This document shows, piece by piece, positions 26,550 through 39,387 of a stretch of DNA of 64,000 nt. Position 1 is the stretch's first letter; the number at the start of each line of letters is the position of its first letter. The notes beneath the pieces are model-generated. The model saw nothing but the letters and a program-made list of their open reading frames with translations. It was not told where the DNA came from and made no database searches. Position numbers and translations under genes: made by a program. This stretch comes from Octopus sinensis (lineage: Eukaryota): NCBI RefSeq assembly GCF_006345805.1, contig NC_043016.1, positions 11,656,001-11,720,000 on the forward strand, in the 5' to 3' direction.

Positions 26550-27222
26550 ATTATTACATTATATAAAAGGGCTTAGTAAAATAAATTACTTTGCCGCATA
26601 CTGAACTCATTAGAAATAGCAGCTAAAAAACTTTTTTAAAACTATTCTAATACTTAAAGAAAACCTCTCTCATATAGTGTTTGCTCAATTCAACTCACGC
26701 AAATATGGGGGTAGAGACATTAAAAAATCAAGTGCAAAGGTTATTTGAGAACGTACGTTTCAAGATTAGTCAACACGACATTTCTATCATCAGCTCAGAA
26801 CTCCCTGGTTTGGATCTGAAAACACTGAAAGTGGGAGCATACCCTTTCGGCCACCTCTCGCTTCCGAAGATCTGCTCGCAACTAACAGTGCCAACAAACC
26901 CAAAAATGCAAGCGAAGAATTTCTGCTCTCCCCTTTCCACCAGCGTGGGTTAAAATCAGCAAACACTATGCTTTTTTCGGTAAAGTCCGCGGCATTATAT
27001 AGAGAGAGATGAATTATAATTTCAAATAACCTTTGCACTTGATTTTTTAATGTCTCTACCCCCATATTTGCGTGAGTTGAATTGAGCAAACACTATATGA
27101 GAGAGGTTTTCTTTAAGTATTAGAAATAGTTTTAAAAAAGTTTTTTTAGCTGCTATTTCTAATGAGTTCAGTATGCGGCAAAGTAATTTATTTTACTAAG
27201 CCCTTTTATATAATGTAATAAT
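26550..27222 (-). mobile_element. Foldback element with about 200-bp near-identical arms and a hammerhead-like motif
   Basis: Arms 26550-26748 and 27022-27222 differ, by eye, only by homopolymer indels; motif at 26746-26797. Confidence 0.75.
26746..26797 (-). ncRNA. Minimal type I hammerhead ribozyme (predicted)
   Basis: tgag-CTGATGA-t-aga..gtc-gtgtt-gac..tct-t-GAAA-cgtacg-T-T-ctca. Confidence 0.62.
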
Positions 27223-27489
27223 ATATATATATATATATATATATTATCGCTTAATATCCGCCTTCTATGCAGGCATGGGTGCAACAGTTTGACAGGAGCC
27301 AGCCAGGCCGAAATGTGCACTAGACTTCTGCAACTGTTTTGGAGGATTGTTTTACAGCTGGATGCCCTTCCTAATACCAATCACTCAGCAAAGTGGACTT
27401 AGTGCTTTTTATGTGGCACCTGCACTGACAGGGTCACCAAGTACTTGCAAGATAATGTATATATAAAATATATATATATATATATATAT

Positions 27490-27850
27490 ATTCTTGCTTC
27501 AGTCATTTGACTGTGGCCATGCTGGAGCACTGTCTTTAATCGAGCAAATCAACCCCAGGACTTATTCTATCGGTCTCTTTTGCCAAACCGCTAAGTTACA
27601 GGGACGTAAATACACCAGCATCGGTTGTCAAGCGATGGTGCGGGAACAAACACAGACACAAATAACAAATACATACATTATATATATATATATACGGCAG
27701 GCTTCTTTCAGTTTCTGTCTACCAAATCTACTCACAAGGCTTTGGTTGGCCCAAGGCTATAGTAGAAGACACTCACCCAAGGTGCCATGCAGTGGAACTG
27801 AACCCGGAACCATGTGGTTGGTTAGCAAGCTACTAACCACACAGCCACTC
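27490..27850 (-). mobile_element. SINE family A
   Basis: Reverse complement of family A. Confidence 0.8.
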
Positions 27851-29042
27851 ATATAATATATTGCTTATGTAACAGGTGTGGCTGTGTGGTTAAGAGGTTT
27901 GCTTTCCAACCACATGATTCCAGGTTCAGTTCCACTGTATGTCACCTTGGGCAAGTGTCTTCTAATGTAATTTCTGGCCAACCAAACCTTTGTAAATGGA
28001 TTTGGTAGATGGAAAATGAAAGAAGCCCAGGCACCCACTATACTTGCAGGGTGGTTGTGGCATTAGGAAAAGCATCCATCCACAGAAACCAAGGCTGGAA
28101 CCTGATGCAGCTCTCCGACTTACCAGTTCCAGTCAAACAGTCTAACCCATGCTGCTGCTGATGATGATAGGTATACATGTACAGGTATGGAGGGGCGAAC
28201 GGGAAAAATAGAAATCAAAACATGAGTATATGTATGTTTTTATGAATATTTAGCAGAAGCAATAGAGTGACTCAAAGTCCAAGAGTTTTGTGTGTAGCCA
28301 CTTATCAAACTGTTTGGTAAGTGCCAAAAAACGTGTGTGTGTGTCTCTTTGTGTTTGTCCCTTGTGGTTTGTCACTTTGTGTTAATGTGTTTACATCCCC
28401 ATAACTTAGCAGTCTGGCAAAAGAGACCAACAGAATAAGTACCAGGCTTTAAAAAATAAGAACTGGGGTTAATTCATCATCATCATCATCGTTTAGCGTC
28501 TGCTTTCCATGCTGGCATGGGTTGGACGGTTCAACTGGGGTCTGGGATGCCAGAAGGCTTCATCAGGCCCAGTCAGATTTGGTAATGTTTCTACGGCTGG
28601 ATACCTTTGTTAAGGCCAACCACTCCATGAGTGTAGTGGGTGCTTTTTACGTGCTAGATGAGGCTGGCAAACGGCCACGATCGGATGGTGCACGGAAGCC
28701 AGGCCAGGCTGGCAAAACTTTTCAAGGCCATGCCCCCACCCCCACATGGCTGCAGTTTAACTGAGATCTCGTCAACACAACTAGTTATGTCGGCAATGCT
28801 AATTACACACACACACACACATACACATTTCTTTTAACTGTGAAACTCAAAAGTAGATAAAGCTATAGAAAAAAAAAAGGCTTGCAAATATTGGCTTAAA
28901 GTGAAAGGCTGCCCAGCTTTATCTACTTTGAGTCCTCCAGCCTTAGAAAAAAGAAAAGAACAAAAGAAATTATAATTTTTTATCTTTTCTGTCGCAGTCT
29001 CTCCGATTTTGAAATTAAGTAAAAGATTTCAGATTTCAGTAT

Positions 29043-29404
29043 ACTCTTACTCTTTTACTTGTTTCAGTCATTTGACTGCGGCCATGCTGGAGCACCGCCT
29101 TTAATCGAGCAACTCGACCCCAGGACTTATTCCTTGTAAGCCTAGTACTTATTCTATCATTCTCTTTTGCTGAACCGCTAACAGCATCGGTTGTCAAGCA
29201 ATACTAGGGGGACAAACATATACGCACACATACATATATACGATGGGTTTCTTTCAGTTTCCATCTACCAAATCCACTCACAAGGCTCTGGTCGGCCCGA
29301 GACTATAGTAGAAGACACTTGCCCAAGGTGCCACGCAGTGGGACTGAACCCGGAACCATGTGGTTGGTAAGCAAGCTACTTACCACACAGCCACTCCTGC
29401 ACCT
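29043..29404 (-). mobile_element. SINE family A
   Basis: Reverse complement of family A. Confidence 0.82.
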
Positions 29405-30150
29405 ATATTCCTGTAATTTTTCATGCTGAATCCGATTCTGTGATTCATTTATTCCAGAAAAGTTTTTAGAAAATTGGTACAATTTTTTTAAAATAGAAAG
29501 CTGACAACAGATCCATAGTTTTCTGTAGAATTTTAACTTAATTTTATCATTATTAATACATCTAAGATACTGTCTACTATCATCTTGTCTCCTTTCGGTA
29601 TTTGCATATGTGTGCCTATTCAGACAGATAAGGAGTGGGGGGAAAGCAGATTTTGTGATTACTTTTAATGTAGCAACAGACCCAACTACAAAGTCGAACC
29701 GGAAGTTTATAATCTGTCTTCCCTGAGTTAGTGAATGTCAATTACAAAACTAACATATGATGATGATGGTGGAGGCCTTGAAGAAAAAGAGAATGAGATA
29801 CCATCATCTGTTGTTGCCTGAGTATTTAACCATAAACCTAAAAGCAATGTGAGAAGTAGTCCATATGAATTGTTTTATAATAAATACTCTGCTTAGTTAT
29901 TTGAGTTATCTTTTCATAATTTAACCATGTCAATTTTGATGACATACATACAGTCGCACACATGTATGTGTGTGTATGGCGCAGGCGTGGCTGTATGGTA
30001 ATTAGCTTGCTTACCAACTACATGGTTCCAGGTTCAGTCCCACTGCATGAGCATCTTGGGGAAGTGTCGTCTTCTTTAGCCTCGGGCTAACCAAAGCCTT
30101 GTGAATGGGTTTGGGAGGCGGGAACTTAAAAAAAGCGCGTCGTGTGTGTA

Positions 30151-30205
<55 letters not shown>

Positions 30206-30285
30206 TCCAATTGTTAGACTAAAAGCAGTGCTCCAGCATAGCCCAGTCAAATGACAAACAAATAAAAGAATATATATCGGGCTTA

Positions 30286-30345
30286 AGAGTCCGACGAGCC
30301 TTCTATAAAGTTAAGTGCATATAGGTGCGAAACATTAGTCACTCT
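30286..30345 (+). ncRNA. Type I hammerhead ribozyme with U4C core variant (predicted)
   Basis: agagt-CCGACGA-gc[ctt]ctata..tatag[gt]gc-GAAA-c-atta-G-T-C-actct: 5-bp stem I, GUC triplet. Confidence 0.65.
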
Positions 30346-30355
30346 CTGACCGGCC

Positions 30356-30391
<36 letters not shown>

Positions 30392-30525
30392 GTATAAAAA
30401 TACAAACTGGGACAAGAACGCAAAACATTTAGGAGACGATACAAAAAACACGGACGGGACATTCGAAGCCTTCAATCTTCAGTCAAGAACAGGATCATCC
30501 TCGCAATTTTGGCTGATTAATCTTG

Positions 30526-30560
<35 letters not shown>

Positions 30561-31143
30561 TCTTTTACTCTTTTATTCCCTGTAAGCTTAGTATTTATTC
30601 TATCGGTCTTTTGCCGAACTGCTAACCGTACGGAGACGTAGACACACCAGCATCCGTTGTCAAGTGATGGTGTGGGGGAAGAGGACAAACATATATGCAT
30701 GCGCGCGCGCTACGGGCTGATTTCAGGTTCTGTCGACCAAATTCCACTCACAAGGCTCTTGTCTGCCCGAAGCCATAGTAGAAGACAGCTGCTTACCACA
30801 CAGCCACTCCTGCGCGTTGTTTCGTCCATCTGGATGTCTTACGTTCTTGTCCCATTTTGTATTTGATATATATAGCGGCGTGCGTTCACTTTAGTCCCTT
30901 ATATGTATATATAAAGAGTGTCTAATAGTTTTATGCTACTTGAACAGGCATAAAATACGCCATGTATCTAAAAGGATGAAAGATTGCTTTAATGTACATG
31001 GCGTATTTTATAAATATGCCTGTTCAAGTATCGTAAAACCATGGAATTATTAGCTCTTTCGGTTGTGTATTAAATTGGTATTTATCTATAACTGGAGTAC
31101 CTTTTTTTTATTCTATCTCTATTAGATCCATAATCTCTCTCTC

Positions 31144-31184
<41 letters not shown>

Positions 31185-31728
31185 GGTGAAATATAATTAA
31201 TTTAATAAAATTAATTAATTTCACCTAGTAGTCTTTCGGTATGGAAAGGACCATAACCTATTTGGCTGTTATTTCTAATATTTTCGGTATGTGGTTTAAG
31301 CAACTTGTTGCAAATAACCCTTCATTATAATTGCGTTTGTGTGTGTATAAATATAGGCTTTATTTAATAATGCAAATAAAACTACAGGATCCGCCGGGTA
31401 CATGGAGATATTCTGCCTCAGCAAAACGTAATAATGCATAATTTTTGTCCCACTGTGTCTGGGCTCGTTTTTAAAACTAAATTTTATATCCGTAAAAACG
31501 CAACAAAGTCTGTTTTGTGTCTATTAAAAACATTCACAGCTGTCGAAAAAATAGTTTTTTGTTGTGCTATTTAAACAATACAAAGTATTTTTCGATTTCT
31601 TCTTGCTCAGTATAAAGATGCGTTGTTTGGTAAAGTGGTGTGTTTTTTTAAATATAAATGCTGCCTTGTTTCAAATTCACACCGGTCCTTATTGTTTAGC
31701 CCATGTTAATTCCAATTTTATTAACCTG

Positions 31729-32028
31729 CTAGCAGTATCGCCCGGCGTTGCTCGGGTTTGTAAGGGAAATAACTATATAGGCATTTTCAGAGAGTTATAG
31801 CCAAAATATAGCAAAAAATGCATTAAAAATGGAAAAAAAATGATGGTAAATTTTTTTTTAAATCGTAGACTCATCGTAGACGCGCGCTAATACCCAGAAG
31901 GGCTCAATATGAATCACAACTATAAGATACCCGGTTTTTGTTACACTGCACCGCAAAATGTGGGAGTAGTTAGGAATCTAAATCGTAGGAGACAGACAGA
32001 CACACAACTTCACTTTTATATATAAAGA
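31729..32028 (-). mobile_element. Non-autonomous Helitron-like element (same family as 18168)
   Basis: ctagcagtatcgcccggcgttgctcggg ... cttttatatataaaga (TC 5' end on the minus strand). Confidence 0.78.
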
Positions 32029-32323
32029 TATGTGAGATTTAGCTACGGTCTTTAGCAAGTCGAACGACTTCGTAGCGGCTCCATCGTTTCGCTCCTATAA
32101 TGGCCATTTATTAGTATTTAGTACTAGATAATCATGGACTGTTCAGGAGACCCTTTATTTTTATTTTGCCTTGCTTTAGGGGGTTCAAGATGAGTCCAGA
32201 CAAACCACTTACAAACGTTTATACACGACCTCCTAGATCAGTTGCTCTCAACCGGGGTCCATTTAAGATTTTGTTGTTAAAATTTTATCTGCAATAAACT
32301 TGTTACAATTTCTAAAAATATAA

Positions 32324-32534
32324 TACTCTTTACTCTTCTACTTGTTTCAGTCATTTGACTGTGGCCATACTGGAGCAGCGCCTTTAGTCGAGCAAATCGA
32401 CCCCGGGACTTATTCTTTGTAAGCCTAGTACTTATTCTATCGGTCTCTTTTTGCCGAACCGCTAGCTTACGGGTACGTAAGCACACCAGCATCGGTTGTC
32501 AAGCGATGTTGGGGGGACAAACACAGAGACGCAA

Positions 32535-32571
<37 letters not shown>

Positions 32572-32744
32572 TATATACATATACAAGCTTCTTTCAGTTT
32601 CCGTCTACCAAATCCACTCACAAGGCTTTGGTCGGCCCGAGGCTATAGTAGAAGACACTTGCCCAAGATGCCACGCAGTGGGACTGAACCCGGAACCATG
32701 TGGCTCGTAAGCAAGCTACTTACCACACAGCCACTCCTACGCCT
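32324..32744 (-). mobile_element. SINE family A, full length
   Basis: Reverse complement of family A. Confidence 0.85.
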
Positions 32745-33254
32745 ATAATAGGAGTTTTTTTACACATCGAATAACTATGGGGGTCCATCTGCGTAAAACA
32801 GGAATCAAAGAGGTCCGAGGGTTAAAAAGAAATGGTTGAGAAGCACTGGTCTAGATTGTAGCGGTTGAGCAACCGTTTGCTGTGTTTTTTAAGTTTCGGG
32901 TTTCAGTAAAACTTGATTGATTGACGTTTTGCCTTATCAAGGCCCGTCACTCGCAATTGACTGCCCTGAAAAGCAAACCCTATGACAATAGCAGTAACAA
33001 GTCTATGCAAGATGTATCAATTTTACGCCACAGTTTAAAAATACTGTTGCCATTGGTTACAAGTTTCTCAGCAGGTCAATCAATCACTACTAGTTCATTG
33101 CACTTCTAATGGCCAGAGTAAACACACACACACACACACACACACACAAACCATGGACAACGAATGGTGGGAAAGGTTTCGCTTTTAAAGGACTAGCTTT
33201 TTGGTTTGGTTTTCGACGATTGTATCTTTCATTAGAAGATAAGTGCAGTAGGGG

Positions 33255-33376
33255 GATCTTTTCCGTTTAAACGGCACATGTCAACACAATTTCTAGTTAA
33301 CTAAACACTTTAAAACTTCAAGTGTTTTAGTTAACTAGAAATTGTATTGACATGTGCCGTTCAAAAGGAAAAGATC
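33255..33376. mobile_element. Palindromic MITE-like hairpin
   Basis: About 56-nt arms (gatcttttccgtttaaacggcacatgtcaacacaatttctagttaactaaacactt and its near-exact reverse complement) with a short loop. Confidence 0.7.
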
Positions 33377-33395
33377 TCAGTAGGGTCTTAAATAT

Positions 33396-33785
33396 GTACC
33401 TATTTCCTTACTACCCACAAGGGGCTAAACATAGCGGGGACAAACAAGGACAGACATAGGTATTAAGTCGATTACATCGACCCCATTGCGTAATTGGTAC
33501 TTATTTAATCGACCCCGAAAGGATGAAAGGCAAAGTCGACCTCGGCGGAATTTGAACTCAGAACATAGCGCCAGACGAAGTACCTATTTCTTTACTACCC
33601 ACAAGGGGCTAAACACAGAAGGGACAAACAAGGACAGACATAGGTATTAAGTCGATTATATTGACCCCAGTGCGTAACTGGTACTTATTTAATCGACCCC
33701 GAAAGGATGAAAGTCAAAGTCGACCTCGGCGGAATTTGAACTCAGAAATACCGCTAAGCATTTCGTCCGGCATGCCAACGTTTCT
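33396..33785 (-). mobile_element. Tandem SINE family B dimer (period about 184 bp)
   Basis: Repeat starts at gtacctatttc 33396 and 33580. Confidence 0.82.
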
Positions 33786-34033
33786 CCCACACACGTGTGT
33801 TATACAATACTGGACCAAATGTCCGGCAAGCTTTTAGACCGGAAGTGTCCCAGATTTCTGGGTTTTCCAATTTTCTGATGACGACCTAAATACATACTTA
33901 AAAATATATAAACTATGAAAAGTAAAGAGCTAAATTGTAATTAATAGTTTCAAATTGATACACTTCTAAAGCCGGATCCATTTGATATTTATTATTTCAC
34001 TTTAAATATACTATACTGTACCATGTATACCCT

Positions 34034-34230
34034 TACTCTTTCTTTTACTCTTTTACTTGTTTCAGTCATTTGACTGCGGCCATGCTGGAGCACCGCCTTT
34101 AATCGAGCAACTCGACCCCAGGACTTATTCTATCGGTCTCTTTTGCCGAACCGCTAAGTGACGGGGACATAAACACACCAGCATCGGTTGTCAAGCAATG
34201 CTAGGGGGACAAACACAGACACACATACAT

Positions 34231-34298
<68 letters not shown>

Positions 34299-34459
34299 GA
34301 CGGGCTTCTTTCAGTTTCCGTCTACCAAATCCACTCACAGGGCTTTGGTAGGCCCGAGGCTATAGTAGAAGACACTTGCCCAGGTGCCACGCAGTGGGAC
34401 TGAACCCGGGCCATGTGGTTGGTAAACAACCTACTTACCACACAGCCACTCCTGCGCCT
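34034..34459 (-). mobile_element. SINE family A, full length
   Basis: Reverse complement of family A. Confidence 0.85.
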
Positions 34460-34977
34460 ACACACACTCATATATCATCATCATCATCATCATCTGTATA
34501 ATGTTTTTAGGTGGAAAATTAAATTTAAAAAAAGTAAAGAACATGACTTTAACAGATACGGGTACAAATTAATACGATTCTAAATCTTTATCAAATTACT
34601 TTTTTAAAAATGTAAAGAACAAAACTATTTTTAACATACTGCTTGCAAATTAGCCAACTTCTAAAACGGAATGTTTACTTAATACAAGATAGACTATATT
34701 GCACAACATTGTACAGGATTTCCGGATTTCGGGAAACCGGATAAGAGGTCCGTTACTTGTACTGGGAATTGTAAAACTTCGCTAAACTGAAAATATACAA
34801 GATGGAAGGAAGTTTTTGCCTACTAAATGCTTAGATAAATCTCAGTTGATTGGTTGTCAACTTCTGACATGTGTTTGACATGCAGAACGGTCTCTTCTGA
34901 ATACATTTCCCTCACCTGTATCGTTTGATATTTACTGCAATTAGCGTCAGTCTATTGGTATATATGGTTGATGACTG

Positions 34978-35202
34978 ACCCTTTCATTACTGTATTTATT
35001 TTGAGGTGCTGTGTTTCTTTCATATTTAAAATATAATATAACAAAGAATTAGTAAAATAACTTAGTTGTCATTCAGCTAGTGTTGGGAACGTAAATTGTG
35101 ACTAAGGCTTGGTGGAATATTTTAATTCAAAACTTATGAAAACGAGACATTTTACCACTGAGCCAGAGCCGGTTTTGGCCGGGTTAGTAACAAAAGGATT
35201 TA
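34978..35202. mobile_element. Diverged copy of the 221-bp piggyBac-like MITE
   Basis: Aligns by eye with the 61264 units (tataacaaagaatt...aattgtgactaagg...gtaacaaaagg). Confidence 0.75.
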
Positions 35203-35455
35203 ATCTTATCAACTTCGTAGAATATGTTTCACTGAAAAATCTGCGTAGTCTAAAACACTCATGAGCAATCTGCGGTTCACGGTACCTTCTATACAGCACG
35301 CCCAACAACAACAAAAAAATGACCCTTAACTTTTTTAATAATACCTAAGGATGAACCATGTTTCATGCGACCCGCTTCTCGAAAAAAAAAACCCGTTACC
35401 CTGGTTCTGTCTAAAAATCCCGACTTTCTCATTGAAGTTATCTCACTTGTTTAAT

Positions 35456-35459
<4 letters not shown>

Positions 35460-35522
<63 letters not shown>

Positions 35523-35560
35523 TTCTCTCTCTCTCTTTCTCTCTCTCTCTTTCTCTCTCT

Positions 35561-35630
<70 letters not shown>
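35460..35630. repeat. (CT)n microsatellite
   Basis: Direct reading. Confidence 0.95.
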
Positions 35631-35635
<5 letters not shown>

Positions 35636-36489
35636 CTTTCCTTATTGTTTGAAATTGCAAAATCGATTTTTCATCTTTTTAATTCCTCTTTCTTCGCCCA
35701 AATATTTGACCAGCTTAAACATTTGAAAAAACCACCTAAACATGGTAATTTGTCCATTTCGACTTTCATAGGAGCCCTTTCCCTCCTATAAGAAATACTG
35801 CCGTAGAATATTGATCCTTAGACTGACAAGTACCAGTCCCATCGGCTTCTCTCAACACTGCAAAAAGCACATTAGAGAAATTTTGAGGATTCCGCATTCT
35901 TTATTAATTCTGTAGCATTTAAACCGGCTAAATCAGGCCCAGATATTCTACTTGCTTTATGTCCAAACAGGACATATCTGGTCACTCACACCTACCTTAA
36001 AGCTACAAGATAATCCATGATTAATTGAAAACAATATTAATAATAAATGAGCGTTACGTTTGATAAGGTAACCAGAATACTAAAAGGTTAATAAATTGAC
36101 AAAAGAACGACAAGCTGCTAGAATCATTGGCACATCGATAAAAATGTTTAGCGGTATTTCTTTTGGTCAATTTTACCTTTTATCCTTTTAGGGAGAAGCA
36201 CCAGTCAAGTATAAAATTTGATGTAATTTGATTGTCCCGCCACCACTAACAAGTACCTAAAGATTGCTAAAATTAGAACAAATGCAAAGATAAAATAGAA
36301 TTTGCATCAATGTAATTCTTATCCGATAAGCTTAAGAAGTTTAAAACTCGTTGTTAAGTTAAATGTGTCTCTTTTTAAATATTCACAACACTCTTCAGTT
36401 TGAGAGAGATCCTACAGGGTGCTTTTATATTCTAATTGCTTGTGTGATTTCACAGTTTATTGACATTTTCTTTTTGTCTTACATATATA

Positions 36490-36716
36490 TTTCTTTACTA
36501 CCCACAAGGGGCTAAACATAGAGGGGACAGACAAGGACAGACAAAGGGATTAAGTCGATTACATCGACCCAGTGCGAAACTGGTACTTAATTTATCGACC
36601 CCGAGAAGATGAAAGGCAGAGTCGACCTCGGCGGAATTTGAACTCGGAACGTAGCGCCAGACGAAATACGACTACGCATTTCGGCCGGCGTGCTAACGTT
36701 TCTGCCAGCTCGCCTT
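36490..36716 (-). mobile_element. SINE family B, full length
   Basis: Colinear with the 4452 copy. Confidence 0.85.
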
Positions 36717-36975
36717 ACATATAATTAACCTTATTGTGTTTATATTTAAAAATAAAGAAAGCTTCCCTGAGATATTTTCTCTCGGCTTAAAGAGCCACGG
36801 GCAGCCGAAGTTAATGCATTCAGTTGTCGTCGTCACCCACCCACACACATATATATGCACACATCAGATCGACATGACGAAATGCATTCCACCCCTGACC
36901 ATCTCGTCTGGGTACATTTAGGGTCAAATTGTACAATTAGGATAAAGTTTGTTTTTATTGTGTTTAACGCTCTGA

Positions 36976-36987
36976 TTTCCCGCCAAA
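36976..36987 (+). promoter_or_regulatory. E2F consensus site in a CpG-richer unique island
   Basis: TTTCCCGCCAAA, with forkhead-like TGTTTAC at 37021-37027. Motif match only. Confidence 0.3.
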
Positions 36988-37589
36988 GCATCGAAGCGAA
37001 TGTCGGCCGCGAATCAAGATTGTTTACAAATGTGTAATTGCTTGTTGTGGAAAGTGTCAGCCGAGGTCGTTCTAAATGTGTTGTGTTAGATGTGTCAAGG
37101 GAAAGAACTCTATTTTGAACATTCAAGTGAGCTCCCTTGCGCTGTCTCTATGTGGTACATGTGTGTGTGTGTGTGTATTTTTTTGTTCGTTTTTTTTTAA
37201 GAAAAAAGAAGGACCCTTCTATTCTGTTCGGGTTTGGTGTAAAGAAAAATCTTTGTTCTCCAAGAGATGTGTTGGAAGAGAAAGGGCCAAGACGACATGA
37301 GGCGATGTATTGAAGGCCAATCTCAGAACACTGAGCCTTACGAAGTAGAGATCAGTGTCTCCGCAACAAAAATGGAATTCTAATACGAAGGTGCCATGTA
37401 CAAAGCACCCGACACACTGTAGAATTGTTGGTGTTAGGAAGTGCATCGAGGTGTAGAAACCACGCCAAAAGAGACTATGGAATTTGGTGTGACTCCTGTC
37501 AAGCCGTCGAACCCATGCCATGGGAAACGGACTTTGAATGTAAATGGTTGTGATGATAATTTGTCATGACTGTAGAAAAAGTAAAAGTA

Positions 37590-38666
37590 CAGGGTTTGGA
37601 CAAAATAATGGAAATTATTTGGCAGTAATTACAGCTTGAATTCTATGAGGTATGGACTCGTACAAAGTTTGAATTGTTTCCAAAGGAATTTTTGTCCATT
37701 CTTCAGCTAAAACACTCTCCAGTTCTTGTAGTGATGATGGTGGAGGATATCCACTCCTTACTTGTTTTTCTAAAAGGCACCATAAATGTTCAATAATATT
37801 GAGATCTGGGGACTGTGGTGGCCAGAGATGTTCAGCTTCACTAGAATGTTCCTTGTGCCATTCAGTAACAACTTTAGCTGTGTGAATTGGTGCATTATCA
37901 TCCTGAAAGATTGTGTTTCCCTCCAGAAACAATTCCACAACCATAGGATGAATTTGATCAGATAAAATTCTTAAATAGTCTTGACTATTAATTCTGCTCC
38001 ACATTTAATAGGCAGTCTGGCTCAAATGCTTCTTTTGGCTGTCTCCACATGTAGACTCAGCCAGCGGTCGGAAATAAGGCAAAGGATGACTCATCCAAGG
38101 AAATAACATTCTTCCACTGCTCTAGGGACCAATTCTGTAGGTTTTTACTCCACTCTAAACACTTTGCAACATTTATTTTTGAAAGTAGTAGTTTTCTGAT
38201 TGCAGGCCTCCCATGAAATCTGGCTTTGTGCTGCTCCTGGGTTCTCAAGGTGGTCATTAAGCTCTGCAGTAATTTTGGGAGCTGTACTTTCATGATCCTT
38301 TCTAACAATTCACGTAAGAGTCCGACGGTCCCTATCTGAAAGCCTTAGTTTTCTTCTGGAGTTTTGTTTTGATGAGAAGGATCTCCCTCTTTCTCAAAGG
38401 CTGTCTTTACTTTCGAGACAGTACTTCTTGATACACCAAACATTTCAGCTGTTTTCATTACAAGCACCAACAATTTGACCTCTTTGAAAGTCCATTAGAT
38501 TACCTTTTTCTAATGATATCTGAAAGGGAACAGCAATTTTAGCAAAACATTTTAAGCAACACTAATGATAAATCAAAAAACATAAAAGTAAACAAGCTTT
38601 TGATGGTTTTTATAGATATTTCAAAATTATGATGCTAGGTGTTTCCATTATTTTGTCCAATCTTTG
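37590..38666 (-). mobile_element. Tc1-like transposon, internally deleted, defective transposase
   Basis: About 25-bp TIRs (cagggtttggacaaaataatggaaa / tttccattattttgtccaatctttg) flanked by TA on both sides. Transposase motifs LDESSF, FQDDNAPIH, WPPQSPDLNIIEHLW. Confidence 0.92.
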
Positions 38667-38933
38667 TACATCTTGAATTTGGTTTCAAGGTTGAAATTAG
38701 AAAATTAAAGTCTAGCAAGACTACATACTTTGGGTTATTAGAAGGCAGTCATTAGCATGCCAGGAAAAATGCTTAATGGTATTCTGGCCATCCTCACATT
38801 CTGGTTTTAGATTCTGCCAAGGTCGATGAATTAAGTACCAGTTGAACACTGGGGTCAATGTAACCAACTTAACCCCTATCCCAAAATTTCAGGCTTTGTG
38901 CCTTTAGTAGAAAACATTATTATTATTGTTACT

Positions 38934-39170
38934 ATTACCTCTGCCTTAGCAAATGCAGAGGTATTGTTTCAGTCATGTTTGTTTGTTTCTTTGTCCGTGG
39001 ACAAGACAAGATATCTCAAGAACCACAGGATGGATTTTGATGAAACTTTCAGAGATGTTTGTCCTAGTGACTGACGCAAAATGATTAGATTTTGGGATCA
39101 TTGCAGTACTGGACAAGGATTCTGGATTATTTGTTATATTTACTTTAGATGAAGTATTACAATCTTACGT
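38934..39170 (+). mobile_element. Helentron/DINE-1-like element fragment
   Basis: Starts with hairpin acctctgc...gcagaggt, then gttt repeats and ggattttgatgaaacttt. The layout is recalled from DINE/HINE elements. Confidence 0.45.
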
Positions 39171-39387
39171 TCACTTTCAAGTCTTTCTCTGATTATCTCC
39201 CTTGAAAGCACACTCATAGTTTCCATGTAAAGTATGGCAGCATTGCTGTTTCTAAAGTTTTATTTTCGTTTCTCTCTTATTAATTTTATTCGCGTCTCTG
39301 TCTGAGTAGAAACTGATGGATAAAGAAATCAAACTACATAAACAAACAGCAGCAAAACCGTTCAGAAATTAAATAACATTGAGATAT

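Noticed and set aside
26681-27089. Two ORFs with identical N-termini on opposite strands
   Set aside because: A consequence of the inverted arms, not a gene pair.
31225-31270. GAAA-gac-TA with an upstream hairpin on the minus strand
   Set aside because: No recognisable core heptamer.
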